A DNA stretch of 64,000 nucleotides from Octopus sinensis (lineage: Eukaryota): positions 62,434,001 through 62,498,000 of the forward strand of contig NC_042998.1 in assembly GCF_006345805.1 (NCBI RefSeq), given 5' to 3'. Position 1 is the stretch's first letter; every line of letters starts with the position of its first letter. Of this stretch, positions 24,647-36,447 are shown piece by piece. Position numbers and translations under genes: made by a program. The notes under the pieces are model-generated. The model searched no databases. It had not been told where the DNA came from and saw nothing but the letters and a program-made list of their open reading frames with translations.

Positions 24647-25200
24647 GAGTGAGAGAGCAGTTCACGTCATCAAAGTGACACTGGGGTAAAATATACGAAG
24701 CCCAATATACCCATCATGACTACCTGTCTGATAAGGGTACACCAGACACATGCATCACAACCATATGTGCGCGACATGGTGATCTCATATCAAGATAAAC
24801 AGCACATGACCTTGCAGGTGGGGCCCAGTTAGAATTTTCTTCAGGTTGAGTAGCCCATCCCGCTCAAAAGGTCCCTGAATAAGGGTTGTTTAAGGATGTT
24901 GAAAGAACCACCCATGTTTCCAGAGGTGAATTATTCAAACCCCAAAGAATCCCTCTCAACACATGGCTATGATGCTCCCTCACTACTTCTGTTCGTAATC
25001 AGAGATGCACATATCGTCAGCCACTAAGGGACATGCTCAACTGGTTAAGGTCAAACAACTGACAAGCAAATCTGTGATATTGAGCAGAATATTTGCTGTA
25101 GCCCATCTTTTATACCAAGACAAAACAATGTACATGATAACACTTCCAATCAGTTAAGATCAGAAGCCATGAGAGCCACTGCCTGGTACTGCATGAGGGC
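24647..25200 (-). mobile_element. About 553-bp non-coding retro-element embedded in (AAT)n, copy 1
   Basis: High similarity to 25438-25990; (ATT)n at both ends; minus strand ends CTCTCTCACTC-(AAT)n. Confidence 0.75.
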
Positions 25201-25201
25201 A

Positions 25202-25233
<32 letters not shown>

Positions 25234-25259
25234 CATTATTATTATTATTATTATTATTA

Positions 25260-25302
<43 letters not shown>

Positions 25303-25373
25303 GTTATTATTATTGTTGTTGTTGTTGTTGTTGTTGCTGCTGCTGCTGTTGTTGTTGTTGTTGTTGTTGTTAC

Positions 25374-25411
<38 letters not shown>

Positions 25412-25437
25412 GTAGTAGTAGTAGTAGTAGTAGTATT
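25201..25437. repeat. (ATT)n-(GTT)n-(GCT)n-(ATT)n-(AGT)n compound repeat
   Basis: Direct reading. Confidence 0.95.
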
Positions 25438-25990
25438 GAGTGAGAGAGCAGTGCATGCCATCAAAGTGACACTGTGCTTAAATATACAAAGCCCAGTATA
25501 TCCATCATGTGACTACCCGTTTGATAAGGGTACACTAGGCATATGCCTCACAACCATATGTGCGAGACATGGTGATCTCATATCAAGATAAACAGCCCAT
25601 GACCTTGCAGGTGGGGCCCAGTTAGAATTATCTTCTGGTCAAGTAGCCCACCCTGCTCAAAAGGTCCCTGAATAAAGGTTGTTTAGGATGTTGAATGAAA
25701 CACCCATGTTTCCAGAGGTGAATTATTCAAACCCCAAAGAATCCCTCTCAACACACGGCTATGATGCTCCCTCACTACTTCTGTTCGTGATCAGAGATGC
25801 ACATATCGTCAGCCACTAAGGGACATGCTCAACTGTTTAAGGTCAAACAACTGACAAGCAAATCTGTGGTATTGAGCAGAATATTTGCTGTAGCCCATAT
25901 TTTATACCAAGACAGCAATGTACATGAAAACACTTCCAATCAGTTAAGATCAGAAGCCACGAGAGCCGCTGCCTGTAACTGCATGAGGGC
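25438..25990 (-). mobile_element. About 553-bp non-coding retro-element embedded in (AAT)n, copy 2
   Basis: Same termini (GAGTGAGAGAGCAG...CTGCATGAGGGC) as copy 1. Confidence 0.75.
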
Positions 25991-25994
25991 ATTT

Positions 25995-26050
<56 letters not shown>

Positions 26051-26434
26051 TATCATTATTATTATTATTATTATATTATTATTATTATTATTATTATTAT
26101 TATCAGCATAAGAGTCGTAATGCTTTCATTTTTACATTTGACTAGAAGCTGCAGGCCAATTGAGAAGACATATCTGCTGGTGTTGTTTTTATGCGTAAAA
26201 GCTTATATGCCACGCTGTTCGACATTACTCTTCATTGTGAGATATTTCAGAATGGTAAATGGAACCGAACCAATTGTTCTGGTTTTAAATTGAAAATTCT
26301 TCATCATATTTGTTTTGTAGTTGGAACCAAATCAAAGAATACGTAATGTTCTATCTTGAAATGAGCTTTTTCTCTAGTCTCAATGGGCAACAACCATAGG
26401 CCTATATTCTTTCATTCCTTCATTCTTTCATTCT

Positions 26435-26640
<206 letters not shown>

Positions 26641-27603
26641 TTACATGCGCACACACACTTCCATACACCCACACTCATACACGCACACACACGCACACGT
26701 AAACACAGGCACATGCACGCACACAGATATATAGATGGTATTGTCATTTAAAGTGTATACACATATTTCCACACGCATGCATACATACATTAATACACAC
26801 GTATGTACGTATATATATACATACATACATACATACGTACATATATACGTACATACACGCATGCATACATACTTACGTACGAATACATACACATTTATAA
26901 ACGCATGCATATATTATGGCATTATAACTTACAACACACACACACATACACTCACACAGGTATAATGGTGTTGACTAAAGAGGTGACTGTGTTTATAGTA
27001 CAGGATTAAAAAAAAACCCTCAGAAATTCACGGCTTTCACTGTTGAGTAATATATATCTCCGATACAGAATTTATTAGATTGTCAGTAATTTGATTCCGA
27101 GGCAGTTTGAAAGTCGTCATTGCATCCATTAAAGAAATGAAGGAATAAATTGCACCAGTTTAACAGAGTCAGCCCAACCTATGTCAACTTTGATGCGCTA
27201 ATCTTCCTTAAATCGACATGAAAACCAAGATTTTCAGTATGAGAAAATTTCACAACTCGTTTAATCAAAATCTGTCTTTTATTATAGTTCATGCTTGCAC
27301 GGGTGCCGTCAAGATATATCAACGGGAAATCACGAGACTTGGAGTTATTAATTGGAAACAGATTGACTGAATTTAGCTGCACGAAACACAATAATGGACG
27401 TCTCTCTTGCAGATTTTTACTTGATTAGGTTTCATGTTAGCATTAAAAAGAGACGAGTTTGTTGTAGTTGTACCAATGATAAATGTGTTGGACAGTTAAA
27501 CTGTGATAAGTTAGGAAGCAGAGAAACAGATAAGCGTCTTGGTGAACCGAGATTATGACATGAAGGCAAGTTCGATCCCAGCTGGTAGATGCTTCACATC
27601 TCA

Positions 27604-27795
27604 TTTTACTTGTTTCAGTCATTGAAATGTGGCCATGCTAGGGTACTGCTTTGGAAGGTTTATTCCAACAAGTCGGCCCCAGTACTTATTTATTTTTTTA
27701 AAGTTAAATTCTTATTCAATCGACGTCTTTTGTCGAACTGCTAAATTAACACTGGTTGTCGAATGGTGTGGCGACGAAAATAAAGATATGCACAT
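27604..27795 (-). mobile_element. SINE family A, 3' half, diverged
   Basis: TTTTACTTGTTTCAGTCATTGAAATGTGGCCATGCT... Confidence 0.55.
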
Positions 27796-28234
27796 GCATA
27801 CACTCACACACACACACATACACATAAACACACGAGCGCATACGACACACACATTCATTGTATATGCGTATTATACAAACGGTTTGTGTGTGTATGTGTG
27901 TGTATTTACGTATGTGTGTTTACGTATTTACGTATGTGTGTGTATTTACGTATATATATATGTTTGTATCTATGTGTACATTTCTGTATGTATGTTCATC
28001 TTCTACTATCCCTTCTTGTATCTCTCTCTCTCAGCGCAGAAACACACTAAGTTCATAAATTTAGATCCTCCCACAACATATATCTTTAGACTCCGGCTAA
28101 TTGTCTAGTTATCTATTTAATTGATCGTTTCACTTTAAGTTGTCGCAGACTAATGTCGCTCTGTGGTTAAATACATTGTCTTCCATCGGACGAATCTTTT
28201 GGTAACAATGGCTCTGCCAGTACTGGTTAACACA

Positions 28235-28455
28235 CCTTCTTCTTCTTCTTCTTCTTCTTCTTCTTCTTCTTCTTCTTCTTCTTCTTCTCTTCTTCTTCTT
28301 CTTCTTCTTCTTCTCTTCTTCTTCTTCTTCTTCTTCTTCTTCTTCTTCTTCTTCTTCTTCTTCTTCTTCTTCTTCTTCTTCTTCTTCTTTCTTCTTCTTC
28401 TTCTTCTCTTCTTCTCCTCCTCCTCCTCCTCCTCCTCCTCCTCCTCCTCCTCCTT
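28235..28455. repeat. (TTC)n-(TCC)n repeat
   Basis: Direct reading. Confidence 0.95.
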
Positions 28456-28811
28456 CTTCTTCTGTTTGTTTTCCTTCCCCTCCTTCCTTTTCTCCCTCCT
28501 ATCATTATATATATATTCACTCTCTTAATTCCTTCCCCCCACCCAACATAATATCTTCCCGCATTACACTTTTGATTTTTTCCTTTTCATTTCCTCTTGG
28601 TACTTTCCTAACAAAAAGCCCTGATAGACGCACAATGTAATAGCACACCTTGATGCAAGTGTGAGGAAGTGCCTCTACAATGACTAAAACCGCAAATATT
28701 ACGTAATTTTCCTTTATGAATTTTCGCGTAAACTGGCATTGCAAATAGAAATGGTACGGAAACTTTTAATTAAAGATGTGTTAAAGAATTTTTTTTGTCT
28801 TCTTTTCATTG

Positions 28812-28842
<31 letters not shown>

Positions 28843-29475
28843 CACAAGGGGAAATGAAAATTATCCGCATTTTCGTCATAACATATCTTTATTATTGTCC
28901 CACTGCTTTCTGCGCATGCGTGCTTATAGTTGGTACTCTTGTGGTCGATGTTTGAGCTTGATCGCGCCATTTTTCTTTCTGGCTTTACAGTATAAGCATG
29001 AATGCTCAACTAGTAATGTGCACCAACGAAAAACAAAGAGCAGCGGTCTCATTTCTCTGGAAAAGGGGTGTATAATTAATAATGCAAGATACAGTGCTTT
29101 GCTGGCAAACAGATTGAAGCCAGCAATTCACACCCAACGCCAAAGCCTATTGTTGAAGAAAGTGTTGTTGACGCATGCCAATGCACGCCCGCAGACAACC
29201 ACCCAAACCATTGAAACCATTAACCATTTGAGTCTTGAGACGCTGGAACACCCTGCCTACAGCCCAGATCTCACCCCTTCCGACTATCATATTTTTGGAC
29301 CTCTCAAAGATGGTCTAAAAGGCTGTCGATTTCCCACTGATGAAGATGTGAAGGACGTGGTGCATAAATGGTTGCGCGATCAACCGAAAACCTTCTTCTT
29401 GGAGGGAATACACAAGCTTGTGGAGTGCTGGATTAAGTACATCGGAAAGCAAGAAGATTATATAGAAAAATGACG
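28843..29475 (+). mobile_element. Internally deleted mariner (DD34D) element
   Basis: LLTHANARP...HPAYSPDLTPSDYHIFGPLKDGLKGCRF..WLRDQPKTFFLEGIHKLVECW; 34-residue spacing with the second catalytic D replaced by A. Confidence 0.9.
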
Positions 29476-29572
29476 TACTTGTTTATCCGCTGCTTTTCTG
29501 TAAATACACTTGTCCATTTGCCTTCGCATATACACGCACAGAGACATACATACACACACACACACATATATA

Positions 29573-29671
29573 CGTCAGGCTTCTTTAAGTTTCTTTCTAT
29601 CAAATACACTCACAAGGCTTTGGTCGGTCCGAGGCTATAGTAGAATCATGTGGCTGGGAGGCAAGCTTCTT
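29573..29671 (-). mobile_element. SINE family A fragment
   Basis: CACTCACAAGGCTTTGGTCGGTCCGAGGCTATAGTAGAA. Confidence 0.7.
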
Positions 29672-29905
29672 ATTTCTTTATTGCCCACAAGGGGCTAAAC
29701 ACTGAGGGGACAAACAAGGACAGACAAACAGATTAAGTCGATTACATCGACCCCAGTGCGTAACTGGTACTTAATTTATCGATCCCGAAAGGATGAAAGG
29801 CAAAGTCGATCTCGGCGGAATTTAAACTCAGAACGTAACGGCAAACGAAATACGGCTACGCATTTCGCCCGGCGTGCTAACGTTTCTGCCATCTCGCCGC
29901 CTTCT
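29672..29905 (-). mobile_element. SINE family B
   Basis: Reverse complement of the B consensus. Confidence 0.85.
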
Positions 29906-29951
29906 TACCACACGACTACGCCTATGTATATATATATATATATATATATAT

Positions 29952-30037
29952 CATGACTTGGCTTCGTGAACGAAGATTAGGAAGGTTGTCCACGTCATCT
30001 GCAGGCACGCTCATGACTGACAAGTCCGATGTGGGAT
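29952..30037 (-). mobile_element. RTE-clade LINE 3' end fragment
   Basis: Minus strand HIGLVSHERACR..GQPS* followed by AATCTTCGTTCACGAAGCCAAG, an RTE-like terminus. Confidence 0.55.
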
Positions 30038-31097
30038 ACACACACACACACCACACACACACACACACACACATATATTTTACTGGTGTCTGGTAATATC
30101 ACTGTTCGTTCTTATCTGCTAGTCGCTTTGGTATTACCTCTGTCTTGACTTCAATATTATATGATCAATCATCTCTTCATATAACTGTTTTTGAATTCAG
30201 CTTTCTTCTCCTCTATATTTCAATGTTTTTTTTTTCGTTGATGGTTGATTTATTTTCCCGCTCATTATTCTTTGTTTCACTTTTATGCATCGTGTTCAAA
30301 GTTTGAAACGTATTCGTTATTACAATATCATATGTATGTATCAGGTGTCAGAAAGTCTATTACGTATATATTTATATCATGTTTGTATTTGAATTTAAAT
30401 ATTTAATGTATCTTTAACGATTTATTTCGACAATGGCGCATTTTTATTTTTGTATACAACTTTCTAATCACATCGTTGCTAACGTTTGCTTATCTACTCG
30501 TATAAATAATTAATTAGTTAGATGTATTATTTTTGTTGCAAAACTTTGATAAGTCATAACTGAATTATATTAGGCTGATCACAGTAATTATACAACATCA
30601 AAATTCTTATAATCTCGCCGAATTCAGATCTCTGTTTTATAACTTTTGCTATTTCTTTCCATTAGTGAGAAGTAACGAAATTCTATTTCTAAGCGTTTCA
30701 GCAGAGCCTTGCATTTAGTCATGTGTGAAAATCATCAATGTAGTTTATTTTCAATTTTTACTCTCATTTGTGATAGTAAAAGAAGGCTCTTGCTTTCTCA
30801 TGGTCGCATGTAAAACTATTTGTTACTCTGAAGTATATTGTGTGTAGGTTATACTGATCATTATTTTCCAAGCAAGAATCGAGTATGGATATTTTTGGCC
30901 CCTAGTAGACCTCATTGGTGAAATACATTCTAACTAAACCTGTTCAGTTATGCTAGTAAAGGACTGAAATAAAAGGATATACGAGCAAATTGTCATTACA
31001 GTTCCTAAAATACGAAATGGCGAAAGTGTCAAGAGATAAGGATCTCAAAGATATGAGGCAGGAAAGTAGAAACAGGACCAATAAAACGTGAAGCACC

Positions 31098-31320
31098 GAA
31101 GGCGGCGAGCTGGCAGAAACGTTAGCACGCCGGGCAAATTACTTAGTGGTATTTTATCTGTCTTTACGTTCGGAGTTCAAATTCCGCCGAGGTCGACTTT
31201 GCCTTTCCTCTTTTCGGGGTCGATAAATTAAGTACATGTTACGCACTGGCACTGGTGTCATCTAATCGACTGGCCCCCTCTCCTAAAAAATTTCGGACCT
31301 TGTGCCTAGAGTAGAAAAGG
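31098..31320 (+). mobile_element. SINE family B
   Basis: GAAGGCGGCGAGCTGGCAGAAACGTTAGC...CCTAGAGTAGAAAAG. Confidence 0.85.
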
Positions 31321-31398
31321 ATATTATTACATAAGCCAAACTCGAAAGTGTGGACCACGAACTTGTACAACTGACAATTTAGTTAGACGTTATTACAC

Positions 31399-31564
31399 GA
31401 GTGGCTATGTGGTAAGTAACTTGCTTACCAACCACATGGTTCCGGGTTCAATCCCACTGCGTAGCACCTTGGGTAAGTGTCTTGAACTATAGCCTCGGGC
31501 CGACTAAAGCCTTGTGAGTGGATTTGGTAGACGGAAACTGAAAGAAGCCCTCGTATATATATAT

Positions 31565-31651
<87 letters not shown>

Positions 31652-31860
31652 TGTGTGTGTATGTTTATGTGCCTGTGTGTTGTCCCCCACCATCGCTTGA
31701 CAATCGATGTTGGTGTGTTCATGTCCCCGTAACTTACCGGTTCGGCAAAAATGACGATAGAATAAGTACTGGGATCGATTTGTTCGACTAAAGGCGGTGC
31801 TCCAGCATGGCCGCAGTCAAATGACTGAAACAAATAAAGCAATAACAGAAAAAGAAAAGA
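31399..31860 (+). mobile_element. SINE family A
   Basis: Head, core, internal (TA)n and tail all present. Confidence 0.85.
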
Positions 31861-32324
31861 GAAAAACCCTTCTGGCATATGTCGTATACGATAGTCGCAC
31901 AACGTCAAAACATATAAGATCTACCTCATAGCATGCAGGAAATGCAAACATTATCCAACACAAAATAACACAAATCATATTACTTATGCATCATACAACA
32001 AACGAAAGATGAAAATAATACTAGAGACAAAAAAAAAGTAATATTCCAAACAATGTAGTATAGCTCATGTAGCATAGGAACGCATTTTTTGCCCCCATTC
32101 TCAAAATATCATTTAATATTTCAAACAACACCGCAGTATGAAGGTACACCTGGTGATTCTGTAGAAACTCTCAGAAAGTTGTTGAAAAACCTAACAATGA
32201 TGGCTTCTTAGGTTACATCTATACTTCATATTGGCTTCAAATTTTGGCACAAGGCCAGCAATTTCGGGGTGGGAGGTAAGTCGATTGCACTGAGTTCAAC
32301 AGGTACTTATTTTATCGACGCCAC

Positions 32325-33290
32325 ATTGTGTATGTATGTATGTATGTATGTATGTATGTATGTATGTGTGTGTGTATGTATGTATGTGTGTGTATGTGTG
32401 TGTGTGTGTATCTAAGTATGAATGGATATATGAATGCATGTATGTATGTGTATGTATGTTTATGTATGAATGTATGTATATATGTGTGTATGTATGAATG
32501 TATGTATGAATATATGCATGTATGGATGTACGTATGTACGTATGTATGTATGTATGTATGTATGTATGTATGTATGTATGTATGTATGTATGTATTATGT
32601 ATGGATGGATGGATGGATGGATGGATGTATGTACAGATTTGTGCATTTTACGTATGTATTCTAATGCATGTGTGTGTATGTATTATGTATGTATGTATGT
32701 CATTATTCAGTTTTATTTTAAGATTTCTTGCCAATAGAGAAAGAATCGGCTCCTAACCTACATCCAAGACTTCTTCATTAGAATTTCAACAGGGTATTTT
32801 TTATTTGTATGTATGTATGTATGTATGTATGTATGTATGTATGTATGTATGTATGGATGGATGGATTGATGGATGGATGGATGAATGTATGTTTGTATGT
32901 ATGCATGTACGTACGTACGTATGTATGTATGTATGTATGTAAGTATATATGTATGTATGTATGGATGTATGGATATATGTATGTATAGATGTATGTATGC
33001 ATGTACATATGTATGTATGCATGTACGTACGTATGTATGGATGTATGGATGGATGTATATATGTATGATGTATATATGTATGTATATATGGATAGATGTA
33101 TTTATGTATGTACCTATGTATGTATGTACCTATGTATAGGTTGATGTATGTATGTATGTATGTATGTATGTATGTGTGTATGTCATAGTTCAATTTTCTT
33201 TCAAGATTTCTTGCCAAATGAGAAAGTGCCAGTTTCTAACCTTGATCCGAAGCCCCTTCATTGCAATTTCATTATACGGTATTTTTTAAA
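32325..33290. repeat. (TATG)n/(GGAT)n field with two copies of a roughly 110-bp repeat (32695-32805, 33180-33290)
   Basis: AAGATTTCTTGCCAA..AGAAAG..TCTAACCT..ATCC..CTTCATT..AATTTCA appears twice. Confidence 0.8.
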
Positions 33291-33830
33291 AAAATACCAT
33301 TAAAGGTAAAATTTATAAACAACTTATAAACAAGGGCAAAAAAATTTATCCTATATTAGATGTAAATTTAATAGTGTTTACTTCCAGACTCTCTCACTCT
33401 GTGAGAGTTTTCAGTTCGAATCACACGTGTCTCGAGATGTGCTGTGCTGGAGATTTTCTATTTTGTATATTTGGGGTACTTAGGTCTGCTCATGACCTAG
33501 TGCTTGCTTCTTCCATGGGTATGAGTAAGTATTTCATTTATATCTTACGTATTTATCGCCGATGAGGTGAAAATTCTTATGAATTAACTCTGAAATTGGT
33601 ACCGATACAATAATAACGGAATTTTTTAGAAATTTCTGTCGGCTTGTTTCGAGATGCGTGTTTATAGTGATAAATTATATGGTTATCGAGAATTTGTCTA
33701 TTTTCGGCATATTTGGCATTAGAAATTTTTCTTTTGCCCTTGTTTATAAGTTGTTTCTAAATTTAACCTTCAAAGGTATTTTTTTAATATGCTGGCCATT
33801 GATAAAATTTTTTCGAAAAAAATAATCCTA
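33287..33830 (+). mobile_element. Copy of the 475-bp HHR-like family with a short inverted 5' segment
   Basis: Reverse complement of 18626-19100; 33287-33347 is an inverted copy of 33724-33788. Confidence 0.7.
33555..33606 (+). ncRNA. Degenerate hammerhead-like motif
   Basis: AUCG-CCGAUGA-GGUG(18 nt)CUCU-GAAAU-UG-GUA-C-CGAU; with the 18768 copy the implied consensus core is CUGA(U/A)GA. Confidence 0.4.
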
Positions 33831-33833
33831 TAT

Positions 33834-33886
<53 letters not shown>

Positions 33887-33937
33887 ACTTAAAATTGTAT
33901 GATAGATTGCCGTCAATTCATTCTCTCTTACCTGTTT

Positions 33938-34173
33938 GTGTCTGCCTTCCATTGCTGTTTTTACTGAGATCTCCCTTTTAGTAGAAGAAATAGCTATAAC
34001 TCATAACTCTTTGACTGCTATTTCTAAATTCGGTATGTGGTAAGGCAATTCGTTGCTAAACCCTTTATTGCTTAGTATTACTTAAATTTTCCTCGAATGA
34101 GGCTTTTACATGCCGAAGACTACTTGGTGTAATTGATAATTATTCCAATTAATTAATTTCACCCTTCATTATT

Positions 34174-34180
<7 letters not shown>
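33938..34180 (-). mobile_element. Second copy of the 1975-2270 family
   Basis: GTCTGCCTTCCA..CACCCTTCATTATTACGGATA near-identical. Confidence 0.75.
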
Positions 34181-34214
<34 letters not shown>

Positions 34215-34346
34215 GAGGGCATTATACATACATGCCAGAGGCATTATACTACATGCCAAACGCTAAGAGGGACAATCAGTCATTTCTACCAAAATATTAC
34301 TAATCCCACCGAATGCAATTTTTCAAAGTAAGACATTTAAAAATAT

Positions 34347-34394
34347 AGACCTGTATCACAGTGATTTCATACTTACGTAATCATCAGCAGGCCT
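34347..34394 (-). ncRNA. Type I hammerhead ribozyme (inverted copy)
   Basis: Reverse complement of 34811-34858. Confidence 0.7.
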
Positions 34395-34810
34395 GAATGC
34401 ATTATAAATAAACAACGACCCTGCCCCGCTTAAGCCGATCAGCTAACTGATCAACATCAACGAAGCGTTTGGCATGTATGTATAATGCCTTCTGGCATGT
34501 ATGTATAATGCCCTCTATATATAAATTAATATGTTCAATAAGAAATAATTATTTTCGAAATTTTTTCTCTTATGAGGTTTTTTACGCTATCTACCTGACA
34601 ATTTCTTGTTAAGTTTTCCTTATTAAGTAGTTGTCCTTAATTGCTAAATTTTTATTCCGAAAAAACTTTCCTCTCCCGAAATGCAATTCGTAAAAGTTTG
34701 CCATTTACCCGGATGTAATATGGTAAACTCACCCATGTGCTTCGTTGATGTTGATCAGTTAGCTGATCGGCTTAAGCGGGGCAGGGTCGTTGTTTATTTA
34801 TAATGCATTC

Positions 34811-34858
34811 AGGCCTGCTGATGATTACGTAAGTATGAAATCACTGTGATACAGGTCT
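34811..34858 (+). ncRNA. Type I hammerhead ribozyme
   Basis: AGGCCUG-CUGAUGA-UUAC(GUAA)GUAU-GAAA-UCAC(U)GUG-AUA-CAGGUCU: 7-bp stem I, GNRA-capped stem II with a U-U closing mismatch, palindromic stem III. Confidence 0.7.
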
Positions 34859-35231
34859 ATATTTTTAAATGTCTTACTTTGAAAAATTGCATTCGGTGGG
34901 ATTAGTAATATTTTTGGTAGAAATGACTGATTGTCCCTCTTAGCGTTGGCATGTATGTATAATGCCTTCTGGCATGTATGTATAATGCCCTCTATATATA
35001 AATTAATATGTTCAATAAGAAATAATATTTTCGAAATTTTTTCTCTTATGAGGTTTTTTACGCTATCTACCTGACAATTTCTTGTTTAGTTTTCCTTATT
35101 AAGTAGTTGTCCTTAATTGCTAAATTATTATATATATTATAATAATATATATATATAATATATATATATATATATTTAGTCAAGGGAAGAAATGGAGCTG
35201 AACGAAAATTCTACAAAATTCCTTTTTATTT

Positions 35232-35316
35232 ATTTTTACACATGTTTTCAAGGCTGCAAATTTCCAAATTCGGATTGAATAAGGAGGCCATTTTGCAGCT
35301 TTCTCTTCAGGAAAAT
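35232..35316 (-). ncRNA. Long-stem-II hammerhead, left-arm copy (GAAAAC variant)
   Basis: Reverse complement of 35415-35500 with small indels or substitutions near GAAAC and stem I. Confidence 0.55.
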
Positions 35317-35414
35317 CCAGGAATTTAAATCTCCAAACAAATGCGCAGCAAGCTCCTAGGAGCGTTTTGTTCGAAAAGCTTGCTGCGCATTTGTTTGGAG
35401 ATTTAAATTCCTGG

Positions 35415-35500
35415 ATTTTCCTGAAGAGAAAGCTGCAAAATGGCCTCCTTATTCAATCCGAATTTGGAAATTTGCAGCCTTTGAAACATGTGTAGAAAAT
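35415..35500 (+). ncRNA. Type I hammerhead ribozyme with long stem II
   Basis: AUUUUC-CUGAAGA-GAAAGCUGCAAA(31 nt)UUUGCAGCCUUU-GAAAC-AUGU-GUA-GAAAAU. Confidence 0.78.
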
Positions 35501-35706
35501 AATAAAAAGGAATTTTGTAGAATCTTCGTTCAGCTCCATTTCTTCCCTTCACTAAATATATAAAACTTCAATTATCCGCGCTAAGGCACGGTTGCGACAC
35601 CCCATGGTCGTAACCTCAACCGTGTTTTTTCTGTTGTGATTTTTGCTACCAGGTATCGGTTAAATTTTGAATAATCCGTAACAAGATAATTCATTTATCC
35701 ATTTCA

Positions 35707-35737
<31 letters not shown>

Positions 35738-35747
35738 ATATATATAT

Positions 35748-35818
<71 letters not shown>

Positions 35819-36189
35819 TATCTATTGTCTTTTACTTTTTTCAGCTTGCGCTTTTGTTTGAAAGAGAAGGAAACTGATTGTAAAACCTACCGCTTCACGC
35901 AATTACTGGTCATCTCCCATTAGTCTGTCACAATGAACTAATCATGGAAACTCAGAGGATGGTCTTAGTGTGGCAATGCAAAAGCGGTGATGTGCGCAGA
36001 CGTAAGCAGTTGGGTGCGCAGAGTATGTTACAACTTTCGCCTATTACTCATACACCAAACCATGTAAATCTTCAGCAAAAGTGAATAGCCATGTGGGAGG
36101 TCATGGACAGAAAGAAAAAAATGCTATTGACAACAAGGAAGCACTAAAAGACTGTAATCATCTGCGAAAATGGAGCAATTACCATGTAT

Positions 36190-36293
36190 AAGTTTCCAGG
36201 TTCAGTCCCACTGTGTGGCACCTTGAGCAAGTGTCTTCTACTACAGCCTTGTGAGTGGATTTGGTAGACGGAAACTGAAAGATGTCCGTCGTA
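36190..36293 (+). mobile_element. SINE family A 5' part, ends at its internal (TA)n
   Basis: GGTTCAGTCCCACTGTGTGGCACCTTGAGCAAGTGTCTTCTAC...GGAAACTGAAAGA. Confidence 0.75.
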
Positions 36294-36403
36294 TATATAT
36301 ATATATATATAATATTAATTCGAGACAAAACCACTATTTTGCAAAACAAACAAGGAAAGACTTAATCAATACATAAAAATTTTAATATAAAATAAATAAA
36401 CCG

Positions 36404-36447
36404 CCACTACAATCGTTTCATGTCTTCAAATGACATTCGTCAGGTGG
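36404..36447 (-). ncRNA. Minimal type I hammerhead ribozyme (left arm)
   Basis: Reverse complement of 38640-38683. Confidence 0.75.

Larger units (their letters stand above)
34205..35127. mobile_element. HHR element: inverted segment (34205-34466) plus about 1.4 tandem copies of a 478-bp unit
   Basis: 34205-34466 is the reverse complement of 34739-35002; 34463-34651 is repeated directly at 34941-35127. Confidence 0.85.
35169..35562. repeat. Fold-back palindrome, 186-bp arms, 22-nt spacer (derivative of the 22803-23117 family)
   Basis: 35169-35354 is the reverse complement of 35377-35562; the family's other terminus reappears at 35677-35709. Confidence 0.9.

Noticed and set aside
25140-25200. 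Possible HDV-like ribozyme at the 5' end of the (AAT)n-embedded element
   Set aside because: P2- and P3-like pairings can be drawn but there is no P1 or P1.1 partner.
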